DNA of 43,761 nucleotides from assembly GCF_004010195.1 (NCBI RefSeq), contig NC_057720.1:6841366-6885126 (forward strand). Reading direction: 5' to 3'. Under the pieces are notes generated by a model. That model was not told where the DNA came from. It did not search any database and worked only from the letters and a program-made list of their open reading frames with translations. Made by a program: the position numbers and the translations under genes. Shown piece after piece: positions 11,867 through 24,841 of the stretch (position 1 is its first letter; each line of letters opens with the position of its first letter). This DNA is from Chiloscyllium plagiosum (taxonomy: Eukaryota).

Positions 11867-12071
11867 GGAGATGCTGGTGTTGGACTGGGGTGTACAAAGT
11901 TAAAAATCACACAACACCAGGTTATAGTCCAACAAGTTTAATTGGAAGCACATTAGCCTTTGGAGCGACGCTCCTTCATCAGGTCACCTGATGAAGGAGC
12001 GTCGCTCCGAAAGCTAGTGTGCTTCCAATTAAACCTGTTGGACTATAACCTTGTGTTGTGTGATTTTTAAC
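11867..12071. mobile_element. PLE-derived palindromic element, family B
   Basis: Perfect 18-bp TSD tatatatcttcaagattt (11849-11866, 12072-12089); arms 11898-12072 centred on 11985; 31-nt tail. Confidence 0.93.
11985..12019 (+). ncRNA. Intact minimal type I hammerhead ribozyme motif
   Basis: Stem I CAC/GTG, CTGATGA 11988-11994, extra A, stem II GGAGC-gtc-GCTCC, GAAA 12009-12012, palindromic AGCT stem III, CTA triplet ending at 12016. Confidence 0.8.
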
Positions 12072-12269
12072 TATATATCTTCAAGATTTTCTGGGGTGTC
12101 TTGTGATTTCCCTCAGAAATGTTTCCTTGTAAAGGAGTTAATTACTGATTTTGCACCTATTGGCCTTTCTATGGATTGGATCCATTGAGGGATGCACTAA
12201 AGTCAGCCTATATTTATACAAATAACACTCTTTACGCAATAAATGTTGGTAAGCACTTAACAAGAGCGT

Positions 12270-12525
12270 CAACCTCTCCAACCCTAGCAGCATCCTTGTA
12301 AATCTCTTCTGAACCCTTTCATGTTTCACAATATCCTTCCTATAGCAGGGAGACCAGAATTGCACATAGGATTCCAAAAGTGGCCTCACCAATGTCTCGT
12401 ACAGCCACAACATGACCTCCCAACTCCTATACTCAATGCACTGACCAATTAAGGCAAATGCCTTCTTGACTACCTGCAACTCCACTTTTAAGGAACAGTG
12501 AACCTGCACTCCAAGGTCTCATTGA
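12270..12525 (-). mobile_element. CR1/HER1 RT fragment
   Basis: ORF LYETLVRPLLESYVQFWSPCYRKDI..ERVQKRFTRML. Confidence 0.9.
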
Positions 12526-12725
12526 TCAACATTGTCTTATTTGGTTGTGGAACAGGTTTGAAGGACTCCTGCTCCTAATTCTGAGTATTTATGGCTCTGT
12601 GTGTACTGTTGCTTTGAGGATTGTCTAAATATGAACAAGGTATTGTGAAGGCTGGAGATCTCAATCGAATAGAAAGTGCTGGCAAATCCCAACAGGTCAG
12701 GCAACGTCTGTGGAGAGACAAGCAT

Positions 12726-13055
12726 GGGGTGGCACAGTGGCTAGCACTGCTGCCTCACAGCTCCAGGGTCCCAGGTTCAATTCCAGCCTCGAATGACTGT
12801 CTGTGTGAGTTTGCACATTCTCCCCGTGTCTGTGTGGGTTTCCTCCGGGTGCTCCGGTTTCCTCTCACAATCCAAGGATGTGCAGGTGAATTGGCCATAG
12901 TGTCCAGGGGAGTGTAGGTTAGGTGCATTAACCAGGGGTAAATGTAGAGTAACAGGGTAGGGGAATGGGTCTGGGTGGGTTACCCTTCGGAGCGTCAGTG
13001 TGGACTTATTGGGTCGAAGGGCCTGTTTCCACACTGTAGGGATTCGATGATTCTA
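12726..13055 (+). mobile_element. HE1-type V-SINE
   Basis: Full head, V-domain and ggcctgtttccacactgtagggatt tail. Confidence 0.92.
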
Positions 13056-13422
13056 AAACTGTGTGAGAAAAAGAAGTGTCAGAACAAATGGTCAAAAGAC
13101 TACTTATTGAGGGAGATTACAAGGAGCATCAATAATAGAATAGAAGTTCTTTATAAAAAACACAGTGAAAACTTTTATAAGTCGCCACACCATGGCACCA
13201 ACGTCAATGACAGAAGCCATACACAATAATGGAAAAGAATACAATGAAGACAAAGTTTATCACAGTTTGCCTAACAGTTCCTGAGCTCAAGGAAAGCTGA
13301 TTAAGGAATACCCTGTAGATGCAGCTAGGCCACTGGAATACTGGGCGGGAAGCCTCCTCTGAAGAAGACCATCACATTGGACTGAGACCACCAGTCCTGG
13401 ATGGGACCACCTGCCAGAGTCT

Positions 13423-13628
13423 AAAAGAGTGCCGCTGGAAAAGCACAGTTGGTCAGGCAGCATCTGAGAAGCAGGAGAGTCGAAGCTGCAGGCAAAGGCC
13501 CTTCATCAGGAATGTTTATGCCCGAAACGTCGACTCTCCTGCTCCTCAGATGCTGCCTGATTTGCTGTGTTTTTCCAGCACCACAGTTTTTGACTCTGAT
13601 CTCCAGCACCTGCAGTCCTCACTCTCTC
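13423..13628. mobile_element. PLE-derived palindromic element, family A
   Basis: gctggaaaagcacag..cttcatcagg followed by cccgaaacgtcgactc..ttccagca and the tail tgcagtcctcact. Confidence 0.85.
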
Positions 13629-15439
13629 ACAGTTGAGACCACTTGCCGGGCCGCTGGTAAACCTGGAAGCAGAAGACGAAGAACACTTCCACACGGGGAA
13701 AAGTGCACCGCACCGGGAGACCGCCATGCTGTGCCAAGACCCCCACCTCTCCTTCAGGCACCCCTTCTGGAGCCTTGGCCTAGCCTTCGAGTCCAAGCAG
13801 GGGTAAAGCTGGGGTAAAGAGATGGGAGAGATTTAAGGAGGAGATTCTCAAAGACTGAAGCCCAGGCTGCAAATCATAAAGCAATTGGAATCAGGAATAC
13901 ATGCAGGAGGCAAGAATTGTAGTGTAGAGATGCAGCTCACAGAGATACGAAGGGGAATATAGACAGCTCAGCCATCTCATTAACTCTGGCAGGTCTTATC
14001 AATTTAATTCCAATTCCCTTCTCTTTCTCCTGATCCATGAATAGTTCACTTCAAAAGTATCTACCTCCCTTCAAAACACCCCAATCGATTTGACATCACT
14101 AACCTTCTGCTGTGATGGGAAATATTCTCACATCTCATTGTGCAAAGAATTATTTTTAATTCTGCATAAACCAAGTCCACTTGAATATTAAGATTTTGTT
14201 GTGTTTCTGCAATTGCATTTCTATTTTTATAATCTTTTCGAAAATTGCTTTCAGTGACAGTAACACCTGTACATTAATTTTGTAGGTGGTGAATAATAGC
14301 GCTAAAGAGAAAATAACAAAAAAAAGAGCATCTCAGCATTTGTAGTTAAATGAATATTTAATTTTTCACACTCGCTGTGGTATATTTTCTGGTTGATCCT
14401 GAAAGACTTGTCACTGTGACACCTCTCTTGTGGTAACCTTCATAAACAATTCATGTGATTAAGATAAATATGCCTCTCCCTTTGGAAAATCTAACCATCT
14501 CAAGGCATTTGATCCAAGTATTCCCTCCTTCTCCAGGCAGTAGCCCATTGATAATTCCTTACATAGGTCTGTCCCTCCACTTTTACTCTCTTGAACTCTT
14601 CACTCTTCCATTCATACCTTCCACAATAGATTATGTAGAGACACATTTGGCTGATGACACCCACAAGACCACATTCCATCGTCAGCCTGGGGCCATTCAC
14701 TTGAATTGGTCAGTAACCCATCAATGTCTCCTCCTCAGACAGGAAGTGTACACTTCTGCTTCCACAGCTGAGAGAGTGTCCCATAGAAAAATCTACACCA
14801 TGGACATTTTCAGTTCTAGCTGCCTATTAGATCCAGCAGCCAGGAAAATCAATCCCAAAAGGATTCCAACCCTCATTCCTGTAAGGTTTTGGGATTGAGA
14901 ATTAATACTTTCAGATGCCTCAGTGTTCAGAACATTAAGTAAAAGTCAAACCAGTATTTAAACAACTTTTTGTTGGGATAGTTGAGAAAGGGCAAACATA
15001 TATTTACACCAGATAACTTTTGTCTGTTCATGTCTATGTGTAAATACATCTATGTCCTTTCTCAAGCATTTATTACATTTCCTTTACTGGAACTGCTAAG
15101 GATTTACTTTTTGCCAATTCCTCTCACATTTATTGATGCCATTTGTTGTGCTTAATGTTCCAATTGCTCTGTGTTTGATTATGTGAGTTTGATTATTATT
15201 GATACTGACTGTGCTTGATTGGTTAAGCCTGGTTGTAGACTCAGAGCAAATTAAATAAAGTTGGAGAAGGAGTGGACGCCAGAGTTGAAGCATGGAAAAT
15301 ACATCTTAAAGTGTTTTGAATGGAACCTGTTACACACACAGAAACTGGTGCTACCTCTGCATAGCTCTCAGAGGTAAAATTGAAAATAACATTCCTTGTC
15401 AGAAGATCCAAGTTCAAGTCCTACCTATCCTGGAGATAT

Positions 15440-16640
15440 AAGACCATAAGACATAGAAGTGGAAGTAAGGCCATTCAGCCCATCGAGTCCACTCTGCCAT
15501 TCAATCATGGCTGATGGGCATTTCAACTCCACTTACCCACACTTGCCCCATATCCCTTAATTCCTCGCAAGATTAAGAATTTATCAATCTCTGCCTTGAA
15601 GACTTTTAACGTCCCGGCCTCCATTGCACTCAATGGCAATGAATTCCACAGGCCCACCACTCTCTGGTTGAAGAAATGCCTCCTCATTTCCATTCTAAAT
15701 TGCCCTCCTCTAATTCTTAGGCTGTGCCCACAGGTCCTGTCTCCCTGTCTAACCGAAACAAATTCCCAGTCCACCCTTTCCAAGCCATGTATTATCTTGT
15801 AAGTTTCTATTAGATCTCCCCTCAACCTTCTAAACTCTAATGAATACAATCCCAGGATCCTCAGCCATTCATCGTATGTTAGGCCTACCATTCCAGGGAT
15901 CATCCGTGTGAATCTCGGCTGGACATGCCCCAGTGCCAGTGTGTCCTTCCTGAGGTGTGGGGCCAAAAATTGGACACAGTATCCTAAATGGGGCCTAACC
16001 AGAGCTTTATAAAGTCTCAGTAGCACATCGCTGCTGTTACATTCCAATCCTTGTGAGATAAGGTGGCTCAGTGGTTAGCACTGATGCCTAGCAGCGCTAG
16101 GGACCCGGGCGACTGTGTGGAGTTTGCACATTCTCCCTGTGTCTGCATGGGTTTCCTCCAGATGCTCTGGTTTCATCCAATAGTCCAAAGATGTGCAGGT
16201 CAGGAGAATTGGTCATGCTAAATTGCCCGTAGTGATAGGTGCATTAGTAGGGAGTAGGGGAATGGGTCTCGCTGGGTTACTCTTCGGACTTGTTGGGCCA
16301 AAGAACCTGATCCGCACCGTAAGTAGTGTAATCTAATCATAAATGACAACACTACGGACTCAAATAATCACGGACTGAACCAGCAAGTTAACCTTTAGAG
16401 AATCCTGGACTAGCACCCCCAGATCCCTTTGTACTTTGTCTTTAGGAATTTTCTCGCATTTTAGAAAATAGTCCATGCCTGTATTCTTTTTTCCAAAGCG
16501 CAAGACCTCGCATTTTCTCATGTTGAATTTCATCAGCCATTTCTTGGACCCCTCTCCTAAACTGTCTAATCCTCCCCACCTCCTCAGAACCACCTGCCTG
16601 TCTGCCTAACTTCATATCATCAGCCAACTTTACCATTATT
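15440..16640 (-). mobile_element. CR1/HER1 LINE RT-3' fragment, split by an HE1 SINE
   Basis: 174-aa [46 protein letters not shown]; upstream KLADDMKLG and WLMKFNMRKCEVLRFG. Confidence 0.93.
16062..16338 (+). mobile_element. HE1-type V-SINE, short subtype with aatct tail
   Basis: Head plus V-domain, ending gtaatctaatc. Confidence 0.88.
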
Positions 16641-16819
16641 ATGTCAGAGCAAGTCCAAGCAAGTTGATTAAAGTAACTACAACAGCATACCTGACACTAG
16701 TAGACTTCCACTGGGGAAACATCTCCATTGGAGAAATCTTAATAAGAAAAGGAAGCTCAATAAAGCTTGATAATCAAGCCAAAATCTATCAGAGGTACCT
16801 GGGGCAACCTATTTTCTTT

Positions 16820-17145
16820 GGGTCAGTGTTTAGCACTGCTGTCTCACAGCACCAGAGACCCAGGTTGGCTGTCTGTGTGGAAGTTACACATTCTCGCCGT
16901 GTCTGCATGGGTTTCCTCCCAGTGCTCCGATTTCTTTCCATTATCCAAAGATGTGCAGGTCAGGTGGATTCAAAATGCTGAATCGCCCAGAGTGTCCAGG
17001 GATGTGTATACAGGCTCGGTGGATAGGCCATGGGAAATACAAGGATACAGGGATGGGGAAGGGAGGTAGGTCTGTGTGGGATGCTCTTCAGAGGGTCGGT
17101 GTGGACTCAAGGGCTTGCTACCACACTGTAGGGATTCTGTGATTT
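16820..17145 (+). mobile_element. HE1-type V-SINE
   Basis: tagcactgctgtctcacagc..ccaaagatgtgcagg..cacactgtagggattct. Confidence 0.87.
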
Positions 17146-18014
17146 CTACACACCCAGAGCTATCTGCGTTGGCTTTGACATTTCAGTAATGCATGTGGAG
17201 ACACCGTTTCAAAGGCACAATGGGTATCAAAGTGACTGTGACCAGCCTTTGTTGTTAGCTCAGGGAAGCCTAGAGTGGCAAAGTATGGTGTTGCATGTGA
17301 AATATTCCATAGAGAAGTTTCAACTAGTTTATTATGCATTTAGCCAGGTGATCTTCCTGTACGAGACAAACAAAGGGACTGCAGTTCAAATTTAGCTTTA
17401 TTAAAACACTCCCAAGTTAAAGAAACAATTCATGCACATCAACATGAGTTAATTTTTCCCCAAAGTATGCTGACTGTCTGAGAAACGTCTGTACTACTTG
17501 CTCTGGTGCGTTTGATTGGGCTGGTAGATTCAATTCACTGAGTTCCATTGAGAGGGCACTCAGCATCACCTTGGTACCAAAGTGGGTATCACACACAGTC
17601 TTCACAGAGGGAATTGCCATCAGGTGTCCCCTCTTATACTCCCTTTCTGAGCCCTTCTTGAGTGTTCTCTGTCTTCAGCCAATGGGGGTCTCAGGGCAAA
17701 GTTCACAGGACCCAATTAACTTAGGTCATTTTCAAGATAGGATTACTCCAAAATACCAAGGGAATGGACTGAAATTGGGAAAGTACAAACATAATATCTC
17801 TCCCTATTGTCTGGCTGAGTAGATCTTACTGGGTTTTGGGTTGTACCACACTCTCATTGTTAAGGTCGAATACTTCTGTTCAATAAGCAATCTAGGATTG
17901 CGCTGATTCCTGTTGGCTTTTACCCTGTGGTAACCTTGGCCTCTTGATACTCTGTCAGGCTTTGTTTGCAGAAACTGTTTAATCAATTTTATGTGGCGCC
18001 TAGTTAGGCCGAAG

Positions 18015-18385
18015 GGGAGGTGATGGCCTAGTGGTGTTATCACTGGACTGATAATCCAGAGACCCAGGGAATGTCCTGGGGACCTGGGAATTTTTGGGGA
18101 CTTGGTTTCAAAACACACTATGGCAGATAGTGGAATTTGAAATCCGTTAATGAATCTGGAATTAAGGGTCTAATGATGACTATAAGTCTGTTGTGAATTA
18201 TTGGGTGGAAAACCCAACTGATTCACTAATGTCCTTTTGGGAAGGAAATCTGCCATCCTTACCCAGTCTGGCCTACATGTGATACCAGACCCACAGCAAT
18301 GTGGTTAACTCTTAACAACGAGGGATGGACAATAAATGTTGGCCTAGCCAGTGATGCCATCATCCTGTGAATGAATTTTTAAAAA
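18015..18385 (+). mobile_element. tRNA-derived SINE, family 2, near full length
   Basis: gaggtgatggcctagtgg head, core, ggcctagccagtgatgcc tail. Confidence 0.87.
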
Positions 18386-18424
18386 GTTAGGATGTTGGCC
18401 ACTTGGCCACAATGGCAATAGGCT

Positions 18425-19265
18425 AAAATAGGCTCAAGTTCTGGTCACCACATTATCAAAAGGAAAGGGTACAGAGGAGGTTCACCAGGTCATTCCCTTG
18501 TATGTAGGGTGCTAGTTGTGAAGAGAGGTTGAGTAGATTAGGATTATTTTCATTTGAAAGACGAAGGTTGAGGGGGAACCTGATAGAGGTCTACAAAATA
18601 ATGAGAGGTATAGACAGGGTGGATAGCAAGAAGCTTTTTCCCAGAGTAGGGGACTCAATTACTAAGGGATATGAGTTCAAGATGACAGGGGAAAAGTTTA
18701 AGGGAGATTAGATGTGGAAACAGGCCTTGTGGCCCAACAAGTCCACAACAACCTTCTGAAGAGTAACCCACCCAGACCCATTCCCCTACATTTACCCCTG
18801 ACTAATGCACTTAACACTATGGCCAATTGAGCATGGCCAATTCACCTGACCTGCACATCTTTGAATTGTGGGTCAAAACCAGAGCACCCAGAGGAAATCC
18901 ACGCAGACACAGCAAGAGTGTGCAAACTCCACACAGACAGTCACCCGAGGCTGGAATCAAACCTTGTTCCCTGGCGTTATGAGGCAGCAGTGCTAACCAC
19001 TGAGACACCGTGCCACCCATGCACACTATGCATGGAAAGTTCATTATGCAGAGGGTGGTGGGTGCATGGCACATGTTGTCAGTGGCGATGGTAGAGGCGG
19101 GCTTGATAGTGTTATTTAAGATGTATCTAGATAAATACATGAATGGGCAGGGAGCAGAGGGATACAAACCCTTTGAAAATAGGTGACAGGTTTAGATAGA
19201 GGATCTGGATTGGTGTAGGCTTGGAGGGTGGAAGGGCTTGTTCCTGCGTTGTAATTTTCTTAGTT
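18425..19265 (+). mobile_element. CR1/HER1 LINE 3' fragment, interrupted by an HE1 SINE
   Basis: RLGLFSFERRRLRGNLIEVYKIMRGIDRVD; resumes after 19018. Confidence 0.88.
18710..19018 (-). mobile_element. HE1-type V-SINE
   Basis: Reverse complement of head, V-domain and tail. Confidence 0.9.
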
Positions 19266-19645
19266 CTTCTTTGTTCTTTGTACCCACTTACATTTATTCA
19301 TGATCTCATGTAGTTTAGCCAACTGTGCATTCAGGGTGATTGTGAAAGACTGTATAGTTTCCCATCCTCACCTCCCACTCTCCACTAGAATCAAGCCTTT
19401 GAACGGGTCACAAAGCAACACCTGAAGTGTCCCTGTTTCCTTAGCAGCACCTAACAATTTATAATGGCAGAAAGAGGACCCTGGAGTCTAATGGCCAGCC
19501 CCAGAGCCAAAGGTTTCTCAGCAAGGGGGTGTAAGTACACTGTGTGTTTGGTATTACATGGATGTGGAAATTGTTTTCTAACACAAAGGTTTGAGTAAAT
19601 TGCAAATTGTAGCTAAGAGTACGAGGCTGCCATATCTTATACTAT

Positions 19646-20241
19646 TTTGACGATGCTGTCACTTTAAGAAGTTATTTTTGTCCCAGTCATTTTTTTAAGA
19701 GAGTTTGTAAGGCAGAAGTGTCGAACCGCCTACTGAAGACCATTTGTGTAAACACCTTGGGATTTATTTTTAACAACTGACTGCTCAGTTTCTTTTAATA
19801 ACATCAGAAAATATTAGGGTCTCAAAAGAGTTGGAAGCTTCAATGACTGTCACTTGGCTGTTACTCTCTCTGAAACTTCCCTTGATGTTTGTTTCCCTTC
19901 TGGTCTGGAGAACTACATGTGAGAATCTGTGTCTGAATTTTCCTTTTTGTCCAGGCGTGTGTTTATGGGATATTACTACATTGGAACAGCTAATTAGTAA
20001 CAGGTATTGTATCTGTTAATTTGTTAAGCTTCCAATCTGTTCAGTTATTCTAGATTCCTTTTTTCTTTTGTTGTATTTTAACTACAGTGATTAAATAAAT
20101 TGCGCTTTGCTTCACATCGAGCAGTGTGACCAGTCGCATTGCATCTGAGATACTTCACATCTGCCTTTAAAATAAGGCAAAGTTTGGGTCTAGTCTACCT
20201 TCTTAAAATATTTTTGAGGGTGTCTGATCTGGCCCATAACA
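19646..20241 (+). mobile_element. Possible solo LTR of about 600 bp
   Basis: Ends ..ccataaca, AATAAA near 20095, LTR-like composition; 5' TG and TSD not clean. Confidence 0.45.
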
Positions 20242-20274
20242 GTGTACATATGATAAATAGTTAAAGGACCATGA

Positions 20275-20390
20275 AGGGGAAGGGTCACCGAACCCGAAAT
20301 GTTAATTTTGATTTCTCTCCACAGATGCTGCCAGACCTGCTGACCTTTTCCAGCAATTTCTGGTTTTTGTTTCTGGTTTCCAGCATTCGA
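20275..20390 (+). mobile_element. PLE 3'-end monomer, family C
   Basis: gaagggtcaccgaacccgaaatgttaa ribozyme remnant followed by cagatgctgccagacctgctg. Confidence 0.8.
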
Positions 20391-20489
20391 AATTCTTTCA
20401 GTTTTCATGAAAGATGATGAAGTTATGTGAGGATTTTTCATTGAAGGAACAATGCCTACTCCATCCTCATGTTGCCAAATGGTACCAAC

Positions 20490-20870
20490 ATAGAACAGTA
20501 CAGCACAGTACAGGCCCTTCAGCCCTCGATGTTGTGCCAGTATTTTAGTCTAAAATCAGACTAACCTACATACCCTTCATTGTACTAACTTCCATGTGCC
20601 AATCCATGAGTCGCTTAAATGTCCTTAATTATTCTGACGAAACCACTGCTGGCAGTGCAGTCCATGCACCCACCACTCACTGTGTAAAAACCTATCTCTG
20701 ACATCTCCCCTAAACCTTCCTCTAATCATCTTAACATTGTGCACCTTTGTAATAGCCATTTCCACCCTGGGAAAAAGACCCTGGCTATCCACTGTATCTA
20801 TGCTTCTCATTATCTTGTACATCTCAATCAAGTCACTTCTCGTCCGTCTTCAGTCCAATGAGAAACCAGG
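20490..20870 (-). mobile_element. CR1/HER1 LINE 3' end
   Basis: ORF IEMYKIMRSIDTVDSQGLFPR; catagaacagtacagcac tail. Confidence 0.88.
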
Positions 20871-21407
20871 GTCAACGTGAACAAGAACAGTTCAAAACAC
20901 TGTTGTAAATTTAGCTTAACTATTGACTGAAATGAGGCTGGTTAGTGAAGATGGCAAGCATGTGGTTTTAATTAATGCCAACAGCGTGGCTTCAATTCTC
21001 GTTCTGGCTGAGCTAGAACTAGGAGTAGAGGGAGGAGGCAAGTTCTGGAGAGGAAGATGATGGCAATTCACCATCGCCAAACCCTGTCAAAAAACTGGCT
21101 CATGATCAGCTGACAATGGGCTAAGGTTCTGTCTTCAACACAACACAGGTTAAGAATGGAAAGGGATGGAAAAAAATCAGCCAGTAGGATAGATAAGTCG
21201 AGGAGGACTCAAGAATGACTAATTATCTTTAAAAACTACTTCAATAATCTAATATCTCCCCAACACTTACCTTATAACACTTCTATGAAGAGGTGTAATA
21301 TAAATAAACATTGTTGAGATACGGTGGTGAAGATGAGATTGGTAAGCTATATTTGTGGTAAAGGTAGTTGAATTCAACTGTTGCAGTGTCTAAAAGCACT
21401 TTTTTTT

Positions 21408-21952
21408 AGAATTAGAATCCCTACAGTGTGGAAACAGGCCCTTTGCCTCAACAAGTGCACACCAAAGAGTATCTCACCCATTCCCCATTACTCTACATTT
21501 ACCTCTAAACACTATGGCCAACTCACCTAACCCGCACATCTTTGGATTGTGGGAAAAAAACAGAAAACCCGAAGGAAACCCACACAGACACAGGGAGAAT
21601 GTCCAAACTTCACACAGACAGTCTCCTGAGTCCCTGGTGCCGTGAGGCAGCAGTGCTAAACACTGAGCCACTCCAAAGTACACCCCCTCAAGTAATTGAA
21701 TTAAGCCTCACAACCCAACTTAGCTATTACCTGATTAATGGTGGAATTCATTCATCTACATTTACCCCCGACTAATGCACGAAACCTGCACATCTTTGGA
21801 TTGTGGGAGGAAACCAGAGCACCTGAAGGGAACCCACACAGACACTGGGAGAATGTGCAAACTCCACACTGACAGTCACCCAAGGGCAGAACCGAACCTA
21901 GGTCCCTGGTACTATGAGACAGTAGTACTAACCACTGAGCCACCATGCCATC
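21408..21952 (-). mobile_element. Two HE1-type V-SINEs (about 21408-21671 and 21755-21952)
   Basis: Two reverse-complement heads and V-domains. Confidence 0.88.
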
Positions 21953-23476
21953 CTTGAAGGATAATGCTGAACTACAATCCATTCTGAGTTAGTACTAATA
22001 ATCAGGTGGGATTCTGATCATTAAAGAGAAAGCAAATTTCCTCAGGTACAATGGCTTCCAGGAATTCTATGATGTATTTATGGAAATCTTTGTGTAAACC
22101 TGTGTATCTCATACCTTATATAGAGTTGGTTACATTAAGAAAAGCAATGCCCTTGTCAGAACCACAAAATAAAGAAGAGGGAATTCAAGATGGAATTGGA
22201 TTAATATCCAAAAGGGAAGAGTGTGCAGGGGTTACAGGGAGAAGAGAGTGGAATGGCATGAGGTGAACTTTTCCTTTAAGGATACAGCACTGAAATGATG
22301 ACCTGAATGGCCTCTCTCTCTCTGCACTGTTACCATTTTGTGATTCTGTTTTATTGTTCCAGTCTATTTTCAAACTGTTGGGAATAAACAAAAAGCAGCT
22401 TTTAATAAATAACTGGATGGAAAGGCGATTAAATTTGGCGCAGAAATCGCACAGCATTTGAAATTTGTATTAATTAATGTAGGGATAAGAAAGATTTTAT
22501 GTCACCAAAAAGCTTTAGGAATAAACAGACTGTCCAAGCAAAATGACTAATGTAAAACAGAGTAATTGTAAGTGATAGTCATCTAGAATTTATGCAGTGC
22601 TTTCCATAATTGGTATATATTTACTGCATAATTTATATTTCTGATGAATTTTGTGCTTTTACTCTTGTGTAGCAAGGTTTTCAGGCTCCCTGGAATATCC
22701 GATACACAACAGTAAGAGAGATACTTGGAAACAACACTTGAGCACAGTGTCTGAAGGAAGTGGGGTGCAGTGTTCGATACACTCAATCCCCTCTCAGGGA
22801 ATTTGATGACAGGGCATTGAATTGGTCAGGGGTGAATAGCAGATTTGCTTCTGTGGTCATCCCACCATAGCCCCGATTAACTCCACCAGGGGAATGTCGT
22901 TGGCAATCCTACACATCCAATCCTGCTATCAATTGAGATAATTAAATTGGTAATTGATACCCACTTCAAAGGTTTCACCCTGCTATTGCTATTGCTGATA
23001 CTTATCCAGGGGAAACCCAATGAGTGAAAACTCTGAAATAAAATAACAAACGCCAGTTGCTGGAGATCTGAAACAAATCAAAAGAGAAATTGCTGGAGAA
23101 ACTCAACATCTTGATAAAAGTATTCCACAAAACGTCGACACTCCTGCTTCTCGAATGCTGCCCGACCTGCTGTGCTGTTCCAGCACCACTCATTTTGACT
23201 GATCTTCAGCAGCTGCAATCCTCACGTTTTCCATCTGTAGAGAGAGAAGGCAGAATTGCTATGTGATTAGCACTGCTGCCTCACACCGTGTGGAATTTCC
23301 AACAGTGCAGTACTCCCTCGGTAGTGGAGTTTCAACTTGCTTTTGTGCTCTGGTTTCAAAATGTGGCTTGAACCCATGCCATTCTGATTGAGAGATGAGC
23401 CTGGACATCAATGGGAGCACTGTTAACAATAATCATCTGCCACTTACTTTTCATGGAACAGAGTCAATATTAGGTC

Positions 23477-23750
23477 AGCACAGTGGCACATGCTGAGCAC
23501 TGTTACCTCGCATTCCCGGAACCTGCGTTCAATTCCAGCCTTGGGTTACTGCTTGTATCGAGTTTACACATTCTTCCCTTGTCTGCGTGAGTTTCCTCTG
23601 GGTGCTCTGGTTTCTTCCCACAGTCTAAAGATATGCAGGTTAGATGGATTGATCATGCTAAATTGCCCACGGTGTCTAGAGATGTGCCAGCTAGCTGGAC
23701 AAGCCATGGGCCATGGGCTGAATGGCCTGTTCTCACACTGTAGGGGATTA
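23477..23750 (+). mobile_element. HE1-type V-SINE, diverged
   Basis: gttcaattccagcc B-box, V-domain, tail. Confidence 0.82.
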
Positions 23751-23819
23751 TATAATGTCGTTCTAAGCTTTTAAACTTGTAATTTGACACCAATCTCGCT
23801 TCCCTGTGCTATTACAATG

Positions 23820-24052
23820 GGGCAAAAGTAAGGACTGCAGGTACTGGAAATCAGAGTTTAAATAAGAGTGGTGCTGGAAAGCACAGCAGGTCAGGCAGCA
23901 TCCGAGGAGCAGAAAAATTGACGTTTCGGGCAAAAGCCCTTCATCAGGAATAGGTCTATTCCTGATGAAGGGCTTTTGCCAAAACGTTGATTTTCCTGGT
24001 CCTCGGATGCTGCCTGACCTACTGTGCTTTTCCAGCACCACTCTGATCTAAA
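23820..24052. mobile_element. PLE-derived palindromic element, family A, with head-to-head hammerhead motifs
   Basis: Axis at 23954/23955 (caggaatag-gt-ctattcctg); TSD ctattacaatg / ctattataatg; minus strand reads CTGATGA-A-GGGC-tttt-GCCC-GAAAC-GTC. Confidence 0.9.
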
Positions 24053-24841
24053 CTATTATAATGCAGGACAACTCAACCAAGTATCTCCCACAAAGGTGCA
24101 GTGTATGGATTGGGTAAGGAGTTAAAACCTGAAGAATTTCTACCTTAATTAAACCTATGTCATATCCATTCTGTTTCAATGGAAGTGGAACTGCGGCTGG
24201 AGGGTGGTCAACCAACCACCTCCAAGGATTAGTCTGCCATTTCATCGTCTTGACGACGTTGTGTTCCTAAGGTTTTCTCCATCTTGCACCTTGTGTGCGA
24301 GATGACCCAGATGTCCAGAAAATTAACACATGAGAGGAAGGGAAGATCACTTATGGATAATGACTTTAACAGCACTGCTTGTCGATCAGAAGGCAGCTGC
24401 CTTAAGCCTCTAAGACATTTCATTGACATTCCCAGTGATTGGAGCCATGTCCCATATATTTCCAACATCACAGTTTTCTAGTGTCTGCTTTCCCACCTCC
24501 ATTCGACCTCCCCCCCCCCAATTCACCCCGTCTCCCCAACTCTTCTATGTGTCCCATTGCACAATGTGATCATCTTCCTTAAGCCCTGATCGCCCCCTCC
24601 CCCCTCCCGCTCTCTAGTTACCCATCCTGACAAACAACTAACCCCCTAATTGGACTGCCTACTGCATTAAATGGAACAAAGCTTTTTTTGATGAACAAAA
24701 ATATACTTTATTCATAAAAAATATCTTTATACATAGTCACAAATGCAGTTCGGTTTGGTATAGTAGTAAGCAAACAAACATTTGAGTTTGACTCTATCCA
24801 ACAAACTGAAGACATCTCTTATACCTACAAGCTATTTCTAT

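Noticed and set aside
11867..12071. Reading the palindromes as classical MITEs, pre-miRNAs or CRISPR-like arrays
   Set aside because: Asymmetric tail, variable long TSDs and hammerhead cores indicate PLE retro-origin; there is no repeat-spacer periodicity and no recognisable mature miRNA
15523..16047. 174-aa RT-like ORF as a gene
   Set aside because: Truncated CR1/HER1 fragment, interrupted by a SINE and lacking an intact catalytic region
23900..23995. Family A hammerheads as confidently active ribozymes
   Set aside because: Core and stem II are present, but stem I gives at most about 2 contiguous pairs and several copies have lost the G of GAAA; kept only as motifs
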